64,000 nucleotides of DNA, taken from NCBI GenBank assembly GCA_018242585.1, contig JAFEBQ010000031.1, positions 1,044-65,043 on the forward strand, written 5' to 3'. Position numbers and translations under genes: made by a program. The stretch comes from Planctomycetota bacterium (GTDB lineage: Bacteria; Planctomycetota; Planctomycetia; Pirellulales; PNKZ01). The notes below the pieces were generated by a model, which ran no database searches, was not told the origin of the DNA, and worked only from the letters and a program-made list of their open reading frames with translations. Positions 25,875-35,380 of this stretch are shown here, piece by piece (positions within the stretch are counted from its first letter, which is position 1; every line of letters starts with the position of its first letter).

Positions 25875-28800
25875 ATGTCGCTGCGAGTCGCTCTGAATCA
25901 CGTTACGCGCTACAAGTACGACCGGCCGGTGATGCTGGGGCCCCAGGTGGTCCGCCTGCGCCCGGCGCCTTCTGGCCGCACACCGGTCAAAAGTTATTCG
26001 TTGAAGGTCACGCCGGACGAGCACTTCATCAATTGGCAACAAGATCCGTTCGGCAACTTCCTGGCCCGGCTGGTGTTCTCCAGGCCGACCACCGAGTTCT
26101 GTCTGGAAGTCGATCTGGTGGCCGAGATGACGGTCATCAATCCGTTCGACTTCTTTCTGGAGGCCGACGCGACCAAGTACCCGTTCCAATACGGCGAGCA
26201 GGTCAGCGAAGAGCTGCGTCCCTACCTGGCCACGTCGCCGGTCGGGCCGCGCCTGCGACAATTGATCGACAGCGTCCCGCGCGACATCGAAGGGACCGTC
26301 GACTTTCTGGTGGCCCTGAACCAGATCGTCCACAAGGCGGTTCGCTATGTGATTCGCCTGGAGCCCGGCGTGCAGTCGCCGGAGCAGACGCTGGAATCGG
26401 CCAGCGGCTCGTGTCGCGATTCGGCTTGGCTGATGGTGCAATTGTTGCGCAACCTGGGACTGGCCGCGCGATTTGTCTCGGGCTACCTCATTCAACTCAC
26501 CCCCGATGTCAAGTCGCTTGATGGGCCGTCGGGCACGCCGCACGACTTTACCGATCTGCACGCCTGGACCGAGGTCTATCTGCCGGGCGCGGGCTGGATG
26601 GGGCTCGATCCCACCTCGGGCTTGCTGGCGGGCGAGGGGCACTTGCCGCTGGCGGCTACGCCCCACTACACCTCGGCCGCGCCCATCGTCGGCACGCGGG
26701 ACGACTGCCAGTCCGAGTTCGAGTTCCACATGGGACTACAGCGGATCCACGAAGACCAGCGCGTCACCAAGCCATACACCGAAGCACAGTGGAAGCGGAT
26801 CGAAGCACTCGGCCATCGCGTGGACGAAAAGCTCGCGCAAGGAGATGTCCGCCTGACCATGGGTGGCGAGCCGACCTTCGTATCGATCGACGACATGGAC
26901 GCGCCCGAGTGGAACACAGCGGCCATGGGGCCGAACAAGCGCCGGCTGGCCGACACGCTGTTCCGCCGCTTGGGCGACCGGTTTGCCGTCGGGCCGCTGT
27001 TGCACTTTGGAGAAGGCAAGTGGTATCCCGGCGAGCAGTTACCGCGCTGGGCGCTGGGTTGCTACTGGCGCAAGGATGGCGAGGCGATCTGGCACGACTC
27101 CGAGCTGATCGCGGCGGACCAGATCAACACCAACTACGGCCCGCGCGAGGCCGAATCGTTCATTCACGCCCTGGCCGACCGGTTGCAGGTCGGTGGCGAT
27201 CACATCGAAGCCGGCTATGAAGATAGCTGGTACTACCTGTGGCGCGAGCGTCGGCTGCCCACGAACGTCGACCCGCTGAAGTCCAATTTGGACGACGTCG
27301 AGGAACGGGCCCGGCTGGCGCGCGTCTTTGAGCAAGGTTTGAATCACGTGGTGGGGTACGCGCTGCCGCTGCGTCCGCGCGGCGACACCGGCGCGAAGCG
27401 CTGGGAGACGGGCCCCTGGTTCTTGCGCCAGGAGCACATGTTCCTGATTCCTGGCGACTCGGCGATGGGGCTGCGACTGCCGCTCGATTCGCTGCCGTGG
27501 TCCGCGCCGGGCGATCTGCACCAGGATCCTTCGCGCGACCCGTGGACCGATCGTCCGTCGCTGCCGCAGTACTTCAACAATGGTTTGCCGCCGACCCAAG
27601 GGGGGCACTACGGCAACGGCTTGTCGCGCAGCGTCGCTTCGCAGCTCCGGCTGCTGCGCCGCGCGGCTAGCGGCAATCCCTACACCGATTACGGCGACCC
27701 AGCGTCGCTGGCGCTGGACGATGAAATGGAAGCCGAGCTGCGGGCCAACCCCGCCGCGCGGATCGCGCCGGCCCTGCACCAATCGGCCAAGTGGCAGGTC
27801 CGCACGGCCCTGTGCGTCGAAGCCCGCAAGGGGCGACTGCACATCTTCATGCCGCCGCTTGGCATGTTGGAAGATTACCTGGCGCTGGTCGAGAGCATTG
27901 AAGACACGGCCGAAGCGCTCGGCTTGCCAGTGATGATCGAAGGCTACACCCCGCCGCACGACCCGCGGTTGCAGCACCTGAAGGTCACTCCGGACCCGGG
28001 CGTGATCGAAGTGAACCTGCAACCGGCCCAGAACTGGAACGAGCTGGTCCACTTCACGACGACGCTGTACGACGAAGCACGACAGTCGCGATTGGGGACG
28101 GAGAAGTTCATGCTCGACGGCCGCCACACCGGGACCGGCGGCGGCAACCACCTGGTCATCGGCGGCGCGACGCCGGCCGATAGCCCGATTTTGCGCCGGC
28201 CCGACCTGCTGCGCAGCCTGGTCACCTATTGGAACAACCGGCCGAGCTTGTCGTACTTGTTCTCGGGCTTGTTCATCGGGCCGACCAGCCAGGCGCCGCG
28301 CGTGGACGAAGCGCGACACGAAGCGGTCTACGAGCTGGAGACCGCGTGCAGCTTGCTGCCCGAGAGCAGTCCTTGCCCGCCGTGGCTGGTCGATCGGCTG
28401 TTCCGCAACTTGCTGGTCGATTTGACCGGCAACACCCATCGCGCGGAATTCTGCATCGACAAGTTATACTCGCCCGACAGCAGCACGGGTCGCCTGGGCT
28501 TGGTCGAGTTCCGGGCGTTTGAGATGCCGCCCCACGCGCGGATGAGCCTGACGCAACAGTTGCTCCTGCGCTCGCTCATCGCGCGGTTCTGGCAACAGCC
28601 TTACCGCGAGCCGATGGTCCGCTGGGAGACGTCGCTGCACGACAAGTTCATGTTGCCTCACTTCGTGGCGCAGGATTTTTCGGAAGTGCTGGCCGACCTG
28701 CAAGAGCATGGCTACGCGATGGAGCAGGACTGGTTCGCGACACACTTCGAGTTCCGCTTCCCGGTCTGTGGCGAGGTGACGCAACAGAACATCCAGGTCG

Positions 28801-29324
28801 AGCTGCGCCAGGCGATCGAGCCTTGGCACGTGCTGGGCGAAGAAGGTGTCACCGGCGGCACGGCCCGCTATGTCGATTCGTCGGTCGAACGGTTGCAGGT
28901 CAAAGTCCGCGGCATGACCAATCCGCGGCACACGATCATCTGCAACGGGCGGCAAGTGCCGCTGCACCCGACCGGCGTGCCGGGAGAGTTCGTGGCCGGC
29001 GTCCGCTATCGGGCGTGGCAGCCGCCGAACTGTCTGCACCCGACGGTCGGCGTTCACTCGCCGTTGGTGTTCGACATCTACGACAACTGGTCCGAGCGTT
29101 CGATCGGTGGCTGCACCTGGTACGTGGCTCACCCGGGCGGGCGCAACTTCGAACGCTTCCCGATCAACGCGCTGGAAGCCGAGGGGCGGCGCATCGCCCG
29201 GTTCTTTGCCACGGGCCATACGGCGGGTCGACGCACGCGGCCGCCGCGCGAGCAGAACCGCGACTTCCCCATGACGCTCGATCTGCGCCGGCCCATCGAG
29301 CAGGAGTCGCTGGGCCGAAGTTAA
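25875..29324 (+). CDS. Large transglutaminase-like protein with DUF2126-type C-terminal region (COG4196-like)
   Basis: 1149 aa. The N-terminal region begins LNHVTRYKYDRPV (bacterial transglutaminase N). The Cys-His-Asp core is GSCRDSAWLMVQLLRNLGLAARFVSGY ... HAWTEVYLPGAGWMGLDPT. A long C-terminal domain follows. Confidence 0.85.
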   Translation: MSLRVALNHVTRYKYDRPVMLGPQVVRLRPAPSGRTPVKSYSLKVTPDEHFINWQQDPFGNFLARLVFSRPTTEFCLEVDLVAEMTVINPFDFFLEADATKYPFQYGEQVSEELRPYLATSPVGPRLRQLIDSVPRDIEGTVDFLVALNQIVHKAVRYVIRLEPGVQSPEQTLESASGSCRDSAWLMVQLLRNLGLAARFVSGYLIQLTPDVKSLDGPSGTPHDFTDLHAWTEVYLPGAGWMGLDPTSGLLAGEGHLPLAATPHYTSAAPIVGTRDDCQSEFEFHMGLQRIHEDQRVTKPYTEAQWKRIEALGHRVDEKLAQGDVRLTMGGEPTFVSIDDMDAPEWNTAAMGPNKRRLADTLFRRLGDRFAVGPLLHFGEGKWYPGEQLPRWALGCYWRKDGEAIWHDSELIAADQINTNYGPREAESFIHALADRLQVGGDHIEAGYEDSWYYLWRERRLPTNVDPLKSNLDDVEERARLARVFEQGLNHVVGYALPLRPRGDTGAKRWETGPWFLRQEHMFLIPGDSAMGLRLPLDSLPWSAPGDLHQDPSRDPWTDRPSLPQYFNNGLPPTQGGHYGNGLSRSVASQLRLLRRAASGNPYTDYGDPASLALDDEMEAELRANPAARIAPALHQSAKWQVRTALCVEARKGRLHIFMPPLGMLEDYLALVESIEDTAEALGLPVMIEGYTPPHDPRLQHLKVTPDPGVIEVNLQPAQNWNELVHFTTTLYDEARQSRLGTEKFMLDGRHTGTGGGNHLVIGGATPADSPILRRPDLLRSLVTYWNNRPSLSYLFSGLFIGPTSQAPRVDEARHEAVYELETACSLLPESSPCPPWLVDRLFRNLLVDLTGNTHRAEFCIDKLYSPDSSTGRLGLVEFRAFEMPPHARMSLTQQLLLRSLIARFWQQPYREPMVRWETSLHDKFMLPHFVAQDFSEVLADLQEHGYAMEQDWFATHFEFRFPVCGEVTQQNIQVELRQAIEPWHVLGEEGVTGGTARYVDSSVERLQVKVRGMTNPRHTIICNGRQVPLHPTGVPGEFVAGVRYRAWQPPNCLHPTVGVHSPLVFDIYDNWSERSIGGCTWYVAHPGGRNFERFPINALEAEGRRIARFFATGHTAGRRTRPPREQNRDFPMTLDLRRPIEQESLGRS

Positions 29325-29359
29325 GAGCCTCTTGATTCAGGGTAGTGTTGGCTTAGCTT

Positions 29360-29409
29360 CCAAGCCGGTGGCTTTGCCACCGAGATCGGCGGCAGAGCCG
29401 CCGGCTTGG
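29360..29409. repeat. 50-bp palindromic repeat with two internal mini-hairpins
   Basis: CCAAGCCGG[TGGC-TTT-GCCA]CCGAGATCG[GCGGC-AGA-GCCGC]CGGCTTGG. A near-identical inverted copy is at 46475-46524. Confidence 0.85.
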
Positions 29410-29622
29410 GTGAGCAACTGATGCATGGTCCAAAGTATTGGCCAACCCACGGATCGCAGCAGTTTTGGCCACAGCATCCCAGACCGCTGTGTAAGATAAA
29501 GGTGCCCTGGCAAGCCGGGCGGGCGGCTCGACTTGATCGTTTTGCCCACGTCGGGCTAAGCTGCCGCTCGGCGCTCATGAGGGGCGCCCTCGCTTGTTGA
29601 TCGACAAGGATTGGCCTACGGA

Positions 29623-32190
29623 ATGAGTTCGGCATCGCCACCAGTCGATTCGTCGCTGCCCGACGGGCCGTTCCGGCAGTACACGCCGCCGGCTGGTGGC
29701 TACGACGAAGTTCTGAGCGCCGACGGCCGCTTGCGTGGACCGTGGGCTCGGTTCGTCGGCCGACTCAGCGAACTGGGGCCGTCGGGACTGGCGCAGCGCA
29801 GCGATTATGCCCGGCGGTTGCTCCGCGAGAACGGCGTCACCTACAACGTCTTTGGCGCGCCCGAGGGGCCCGATCGCCCTTGGGAACTCGACCCGATCCC
29901 GCTGTTGATCGAGAAGCGCGAGTGGGATCCGCTGGCGGCCGGCCTGGCCCAGCGCGCCATGCTGCTCAACTCGATCCTAGCCGACATCTACGGATCGCAG
30001 CAACTTGTCCGCTCGGGCTTGCTGCCGCCGGAGTTGGTGTTTGGGCACTCGGGCTTCTTGTATCCGTGCCACGGGTTGAACGTGGCCCAGAACATCTGGC
30101 TGCACTTGTACGCCAGCCACCTGGCGCGCGGACCTGACGGACGTTGGGTCGTGCTGGCCGATCGCACCCAGGGCCCCTCGGGCGCCGGCTATGCGGTCGA
30201 AAACCGAATCATCATCTCGCGCACGTTGCCCAACGACTTCCATTCGCTGCACGTCGAGCGACTGGCCGGGTTCTTTTCGCAGTTGCGCGAGACGCTCCAT
30301 TCGCTGGCCCCGAACCATCGCGACAATCCGCGCGTGGTGCTGCTGTCGCCGGGGCCGCGCAGCTCGACGTATTTTGAAGACGCCTACCTGGCGCGCTACC
30401 TGGGTTACACGCTGGCCGAAGGGGGCGATCTGACGGTTCGCGACACGAGCGTCTACTTGAAAACGCTCGGCGGCTTGTTGCCGGTCGATGTGATCTTGCG
30501 CCGCCTGTCGGACGAGGATTGCGATCCGTTGGAGCTGCGCCCTGATTCAGCGCTGGGCGTGTCGGGTCTGGTCCAGGCGGCGCGCTCGGGCCAGGTCTCG
30601 ATCGCCAACTCGTTGGGGAGCGGCTACCTCGAAGCGCCGGCCCTGATGGCGCTGCTGCCCGAGATTTGCCAACACCTGCTTGGCGAGGAGCTGAAGCTGC
30701 CGTCGGTCCCCACGTGGTGGTGCGCTCGGGAAGAAGACCGGCTGTACGTGGAGTCGCACCTGGAAGAGCTGACCATCCGGCCGGCGATCCTGCACCGTGG
30801 TTCCGGGCCGATCTTTGGCTCGCGACTGACCCGGCAACAGCGGATCGAATTGCTCGAAGTGATCCGACAGTCGCCCGCCCAGTATGTCGCCCAGCCGCAG
30901 GTGGCGCGCTCGACCGCGCCGGTCTGGGCCTGCGGCGGGTTGCAACCCTGGCAGGTCGGTGTCCGCGTCTTTGCCGCGGCCGTGCCCGACGGCAGCTACT
31001 TGGTCATGCCGGGCGGGCTGCTGCGCGCCAGCTCGGGCAACGAGGCGATGGGCGAGTCGATCTCCGGCGGGCAATTGAGCAAAGACCTCTGGGTGTTGGC
31101 CGAAGGGCCGGTCAAAACGGTCACGCTGTTGAAGCCGCCGGGCACGGCCGTCGAGCTGCGCCGCAGCACCAACGACCTGCCCAGCCGCGTGGCCGACCAT
31201 TTGTACTGGCTGGGTCGACAAGTCGAACGGGCCGAAGGGATGGTCCGCCATTTGCGCAGCATCGTCGTCCGCATGACCAATGAACTCGACCCCGGCGGGC
31301 TCCCCGAGTTGGTCGCGCTGGTGCAATCGCTGACCGAGTTTGGCCAAGCGCCGGTCAGCCAACGAGTGGAGGCGGAAGAGGTCTTCGACGCGCTACAGAC
31401 CGAGGTGATTTCGTTCATCTTCGACGCCCAGCGCAACAACGGGCTGTACGCCACGATCATGGCCGTGCATCGCAGCGCCAGCGCTGTGCGCGACCGGATT
31501 TCGATCGACAGTTGGCGGATCGTCAACCAGCTTGATATCGACATGCTCTTTCCCCGCACGGCCAGCATGGGACGGATGGGGGAAGTGCTGCTGGGGCTGA
31601 ACCAGATGTTGAATCTGCTGGCCGCGCTGAGCGGGTTGGGAACCGAGAGCATGACGCGCGGCCCAGGCTGGCGATTCCTGGACATGGGACGGCGCATCGA
31701 GCGCGGGCGGCACACGGCGCAACTGTTGCAGCGGACGCTGGTCCGCTGGCAGGGGGACTTGCTGCCGCTGCTCGAATCGCTGCTCGAAATCGCCGATAGC
31801 TCGATGACCTATCGCTATCGGTATCTGGCGGCGCTGCAACCGGCGCCGGTGCTGGACTTGCTGTTGACCGACGAGACGAATCCACGCTCGGTTGGGTTTC
31901 AATTGTGCGCGCTATTCGATCACGTGCGGCAGTTGCCGGCCCAGCATTCCGACCCGCTGCGCAATCCCGAGCAGCGGATCACCCTGGCGGCCCAGGCGGC
32001 GTCGCGACTGGCCGACGTCGAAGCCCTGGTCGAGCCCGACGAGCACGGCGTGCGCAAGCGGTTGGAAGATTTCCTCGAACAGACGGCCCATCAACTGTCC
32101 CAGTTGTCGGACAGCATGACCCACACCTACCTGGCCCATACGGGACCGTCGCGGCAGTTGGGCTCGGCTAGCATTACCTCGACCGTATGA
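29623..32190 (+). CDS. Fusion protein: circularly permuted ATP-grasp (COG2308) + alpha-E (COG2307)
   Basis: The N-terminal half parallels 23275-24810 (VTYNVFG, PWELDPIPLLI, IANSLGSGYLEAPALMALLP). The C-terminal half has the alpha-E signature (RVADHLYWLGRQVERAEGMVR). I chose the ATG at 29623 with AAGGA 12 nt upstream. Confidence 0.85.
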   Translation: MSSASPPVDSSLPDGPFRQYTPPAGGYDEVLSADGRLRGPWARFVGRLSELGPSGLAQRSDYARRLLRENGVTYNVFGAPEGPDRPWELDPIPLLIEKREWDPLAAGLAQRAMLLNSILADIYGSQQLVRSGLLPPELVFGHSGFLYPCHGLNVAQNIWLHLYASHLARGPDGRWVVLADRTQGPSGAGYAVENRIIISRTLPNDFHSLHVERLAGFFSQLRETLHSLAPNHRDNPRVVLLSPGPRSSTYFEDAYLARYLGYTLAEGGDLTVRDTSVYLKTLGGLLPVDVILRRLSDEDCDPLELRPDSALGVSGLVQAARSGQVSIANSLGSGYLEAPALMALLPEICQHLLGEELKLPSVPTWWCAREEDRLYVESHLEELTIRPAILHRGSGPIFGSRLTRQQRIELLEVIRQSPAQYVAQPQVARSTAPVWACGGLQPWQVGVRVFAAAVPDGSYLVMPGGLLRASSGNEAMGESISGGQLSKDLWVLAEGPVKTVTLLKPPGTAVELRRSTNDLPSRVADHLYWLGRQVERAEGMVRHLRSIVVRMTNELDPGGLPELVALVQSLTEFGQAPVSQRVEAEEVFDALQTEVISFIFDAQRNNGLYATIMAVHRSASAVRDRISIDSWRIVNQLDIDMLFPRTASMGRMGEVLLGLNQMLNLLAALSGLGTESMTRGPGWRFLDMGRRIERGRHTAQLLQRTLVRWQGDLLPLLESLLEIADSSMTYRYRYLAALQPAPVLDLLLTDETNPRSVGFQLCALFDHVRQLPAQHSDPLRNPEQRITLAAQAASRLADVEALVEPDEHGVRKRLEDFLEQTAHQLSQLSDSMTHTYLAHTGPSRQLGSASITSTV

Positions 32191-33080
32191 AGTATCACGT
32201 CTCGCACATCACGACGTTCATCTACGGCGAACCAGTGCCGCTGGGTCACAACGAGGCCCACCTCACACCGCGGACGTTCGGCCCGCAGACCTGTCTGGTC
32301 AGCCAGTTGAACATCCGCCCGGTGCCGATCGCGGTGCATCACTGGACCGACTTGTTCGGCAATCAGGTCAGCTACTTCAGCATGGAGCAAGAGCACCGCG
32401 ATTTGTCGGTGTCGGCGTCGAGCGTGGTCGAGCTGAACGAGCGACCGGTCCCCGATCCCAATGCGACCATGCCGTGGGAAGAGGTGCGAGCGATGTGCGA
32501 GCGGCCGACCGACGCGGCGGCGCTGGCGGCCGCGCCGTTCCGGTTCGAGTCGCCTTTGGTGAAAAAGAGCCACGAACTCGGGTTCTATGCTCGCGATTCA
32601 TTCCGCCCGGGTCGGCCGATCCTGGCGGCGGCGCTTGAGCTGACCGAGCGGATCTTTCGCGAGTTCAAATACGACCCGGCCGCGACCGTCATCAACACGC
32701 CGACGGCCGAAGTGTTTCAGCAGCGGCGCGGCGTCTGTCAGGACTTCGCCCATCTGGAGATCGCCTGCCTACGTTCGCTGGGATTGCCCATTCGTTACGT
32801 CAGCGGCTATTTGATGACCACACCGCCGCCGGGCAAGGCCAAGCTGATCGGCGCCGACGCTTCGCACGCCTGGGTGAGCATTTTCTGTCCGGGGGCGGGG
32901 TGGATCGATCTGGACCCGACCAACAACCAGATTCCCCAGTTGCAGCACGTGACGTTGGCCTGGGGTCGCGACTACGGCGACGTCTGCCCGGTGAAAGGGG
33001 TTTTCCTCGGCGGCGGCAGCCACCACACGATGAGCGTGGCCGTGGACGTCGAGCCGTACGAGCAACCGCTGGTGGGGTGA
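32187..33080 (+). CDS. Transglutaminase-family cysteine peptidase-like protein (COG1305)
   Basis: MKYHVSHITTFIYGEPV (Bact_transglu_N), RGVCQDFAHLEIACLRSLGLPIRYVSGY and HAWVSIFCPGAGWIDLDPT give the Cys-His-Asp triad. The ATG overlaps the upstream stop (ATGA). Confidence 0.85.
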   Translation: MKYHVSHITTFIYGEPVPLGHNEAHLTPRTFGPQTCLVSQLNIRPVPIAVHHWTDLFGNQVSYFSMEQEHRDLSVSASSVVELNERPVPDPNATMPWEEVRAMCERPTDAAALAAAPFRFESPLVKKSHELGFYARDSFRPGRPILAAALELTERIFREFKYDPAATVINTPTAEVFQQRRGVCQDFAHLEIACLRSLGLPIRYVSGYLMTTPPPGKAKLIGADASHAWVSIFCPGAGWIDLDPTNNQIPQLQHVTLAWGRDYGDVCPVKGVFLGGGSHHTMSVAVDVEPYEQPLVG

Positions 33081-33123
33081 TTTCCCCCTTCTCGCGATTC
33101 ATCGAGCGGCACGAAGCGCGCGA

Positions 33124-33167
33124 GATGAACATCCCTCCCTTCCAGGGAGGGACTGAGGGAGGGTCAA
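33124..33167. repeat. CCCTCCCT-hairpin repeat unit (left flank of the R-M pair)
   Basis: GATGAACATCCCTCCCTTCCAGGGAGGGACTGAGGGAGGGTCAA. Its reverse complement matches 36491-36534 at roughly 38 of 44 positions by eye. Confidence 0.8.
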
Positions 33168-33250
33168 AACGTCGCCGGGCGAAATGCCTTCAGTCTCAGA
33201 TTTCACTCGTGCGAACAAGGCCGGTTTTTTCGCGCCTTGTGTATGCGATC

Positions 33251-35380
33251 TTAGAAGAGCGACATTTGTGCAGTTACACGGACAGCGGGCGCAGGTGAAA
33301 AGGCGTCGTCGTCTAACGCTCGCTCTACTAACAGATCCAGGTCGTCAACATTGCCACCTGGTTCAAGGGCGCACAGAAGTTGCCCTACGAGTGTGATGCG
33401 CCGATCGTTGCGAGATAATGTGAACCCCGCGTTTGCCAGTCGCTGCAATTTCGCCTTCGCGCGTTCGAGAGCATCAACAGAATCGCCAATCAGCCTGTCC
33501 GCCGGCGTTTGCTTGCGGCAGACAAGAATCACATCCAATTGGATCGGTTCCTTTGCTTGAAACTTGGGCGTGGCCACGGACATCTCGGCCTTGACGGGAT
33601 GAGCATTCACGAAGCGAAACCCAGCGCCCCAAACGGCGGTCGCAAGCGATCGCCACCCTTCGGGCCGCGAGTGGTGGTACGTGAAAACGAGCATGCCGTC
33701 GTCGCGCAGCACGCGGTGGCACTCGGCGAATACCGCGCACAGTTTGTGAGCGAAGTGATCGGCGTCGGCGTCCTGTACTTCACCAGGCTGGCGCGTCGAG
33801 AAAGGGGGCGCACCCGAGTCAGCCTCGCAAGCCGACACTTGCCAAGCGTGGAAAAAGTCAGCAAGTTCCGAATAATGCACGTTGTCGAAGAACGGTGGGT
33901 CGGTAGCGACGACATCGACTGATTGGTCTGTCAGGCCCGTGCAGGACGAGTCTCCCGCCGCCAGATAAATACCCCGAGGTAACAAGGCCCCATCCGTCGG
34001 CCAGTTTGGTTCGACGCGGCCCGAAAAAGGCGGCGAACAGACCCTGGCGGTCGAGGACGAGCCATTCAGCTCGGTTGGCGATTCGCGATAATTGATGGCA
34101 CGGAGCAAGCGACTTCGCAGGAGATTCGAAAAACCACCGGAACTCTTAGGTGTGCCCCAAACATTTGCCTCGATCGGCATTCGCTCGGGCTTGAGAATGT
34201 GGTGCGAGAACATATGGCGCACTGCGCCAGTACCCTCGCCTTTGTAGGAAGCAAAGAGGTTGTTGAATTCCAGCGTGCCAGAGAACAGCGTGAACAACGC
34301 ATCGCGGGCATCGACATCATCGAGATCGAGGATTGCGCGCCGCAGCCAGCCGAGCGCGAGCAGTTGGCGATTGTTGAAGAAGTCCGCCCAGCGACGGAAG
34401 TTGTAGTTCAGCGCCTGTCGGGTGTTGTGCCCATCGGTCAGGCAAAGCGAAGGGAGCACTAGTCGCCCACTCTTTAGCTCGACTTCTAGTATCTCGCTAC
34501 ATTGGCGGAAGCTGGCGAGATCGCTGTCGGTGACCGACAGATATTCCTTGTTGCCATCACTGCGCAGGACGAGTTTTCCGTAGAGTCGGAAACGCGGGTG
34601 AGCGTCGCCGATTGCCTTAAGGATCACAAAATGCGACTTGCACTCCGTGCATGTTGCCTTCGCGCCGGAGGTGTTTCCCTTCGTCGCGTCGAAATGAAAA
34701 CCACAATCGCCGCAGGTCACATTTTCCGGCGATTGCATGATCTGGAAAATATCGGCACAGGCGGGGCAACGAACTCGCACGTGGGTTTTGCGTTTCGGGT
34801 GTGCGTTCCGGGCCACAATATGGGATGGAAAAAGGTCCACCGTTGATGAGCAATCTGGGCACTGGGCTTGCATCACCCAGAAGTAATAAAGCACTTCGCA
34901 GGGGAGTCCGCGGCTGTCGGACGTCTGATACAGCGCTCGGATACGTTGTTCCACACTGTCGGCTAGCGCATCGTACGCCGCCAAGACTCGGCGTCGATCG
35001 AGAGGCCCCATCGCGGTGCGGACGTTGCGAACCGCTACGGGGTTAATGTCGCGTCCGATCGCCGTCATTCCGAGCTTGTGCGCCTCGCCAATGGTCGTAC
35101 CGGACCCCATGAACGGGTCGAATACATTGACGTTTGCGAGGTGGTGCGGTTGGAAAAACAGCGCGCGAAGGTCGCCTTCCGGCGGCAACGTGGCACCGAG
35201 GAGAATACCTCGAAACACCGAGCCGAGCCGCTGTGCCCACCACTTGTGGACGTGATAGACGGGCCGGTGGAGCTCTTTCCGCCAGCTCTCGCGCTCGGCC
35301 AGTTTCGACAGGAACTCGAAGGCGAAAGCGTCAGCCTCGATAAGACGGGCGTCAGGGGGAGTCGTCGTCGGATTCGTCAT
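33251..35380 (-). CDS. DNA methyltransferase with DUF1156-like N-terminus and internal Zn-ribbons (COG1743-like)
   Basis: 709 aa. HKWWAQRLGSVFR is a DUF1156-like block. VFDPFMGSGTTIGEA is motif I. Four CxxC pairs are present (CPDC, CPAC, CGDC, CTEC). VVATDPPFFDNVHYSELADFF is motif IV, D-P-P-F. Confidence 0.85.
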   Translation of the reverse strand: MTNPTTTPPDARLIEADAFAFEFLSKLAERESWRKELHRPVYHVHKWWAQRLGSVFRGILLGATLPPEGDLRALFFQPHHLANVNVFDPFMGSGTTIGEAHKLGMTAIGRDINPVAVRNVRTAMGPLDRRRVLAAYDALADSVEQRIRALYQTSDSRGLPCEVLYYFWVMQAQCPDCSSTVDLFPSHIVARNAHPKRKTHVRVRCPACADIFQIMQSPENVTCGDCGFHFDATKGNTSGAKATCTECKSHFVILKAIGDAHPRFRLYGKLVLRSDGNKEYLSVTDSDLASFRQCSEILEVELKSGRLVLPSLCLTDGHNTRQALNYNFRRWADFFNNRQLLALGWLRRAILDLDDVDARDALFTLFSGTLEFNNLFASYKGEGTGAVRHMFSHHILKPERMPIEANVWGTPKSSGGFSNLLRSRLLRAINYRESPTELNGSSSTARVCSPPFSGRVEPNWPTDGALLPRGIYLAAGDSSCTGLTDQSVDVVATDPPFFDNVHYSELADFFHAWQVSACEADSGAPPFSTRQPGEVQDADADHFAHKLCAVFAECHRVLRDDGMLVFTYHHSRPEGWRSLATAVWGAGFRFVNAHPVKAEMSVATPKFQAKEPIQLDVILVCRKQTPADRLIGDSVDALERAKAKLQRLANAGFTLSRNDRRITLVGQLLCALEPGGNVDDLDLLVERALDDDAFSPAPAVRVTAQMSLF

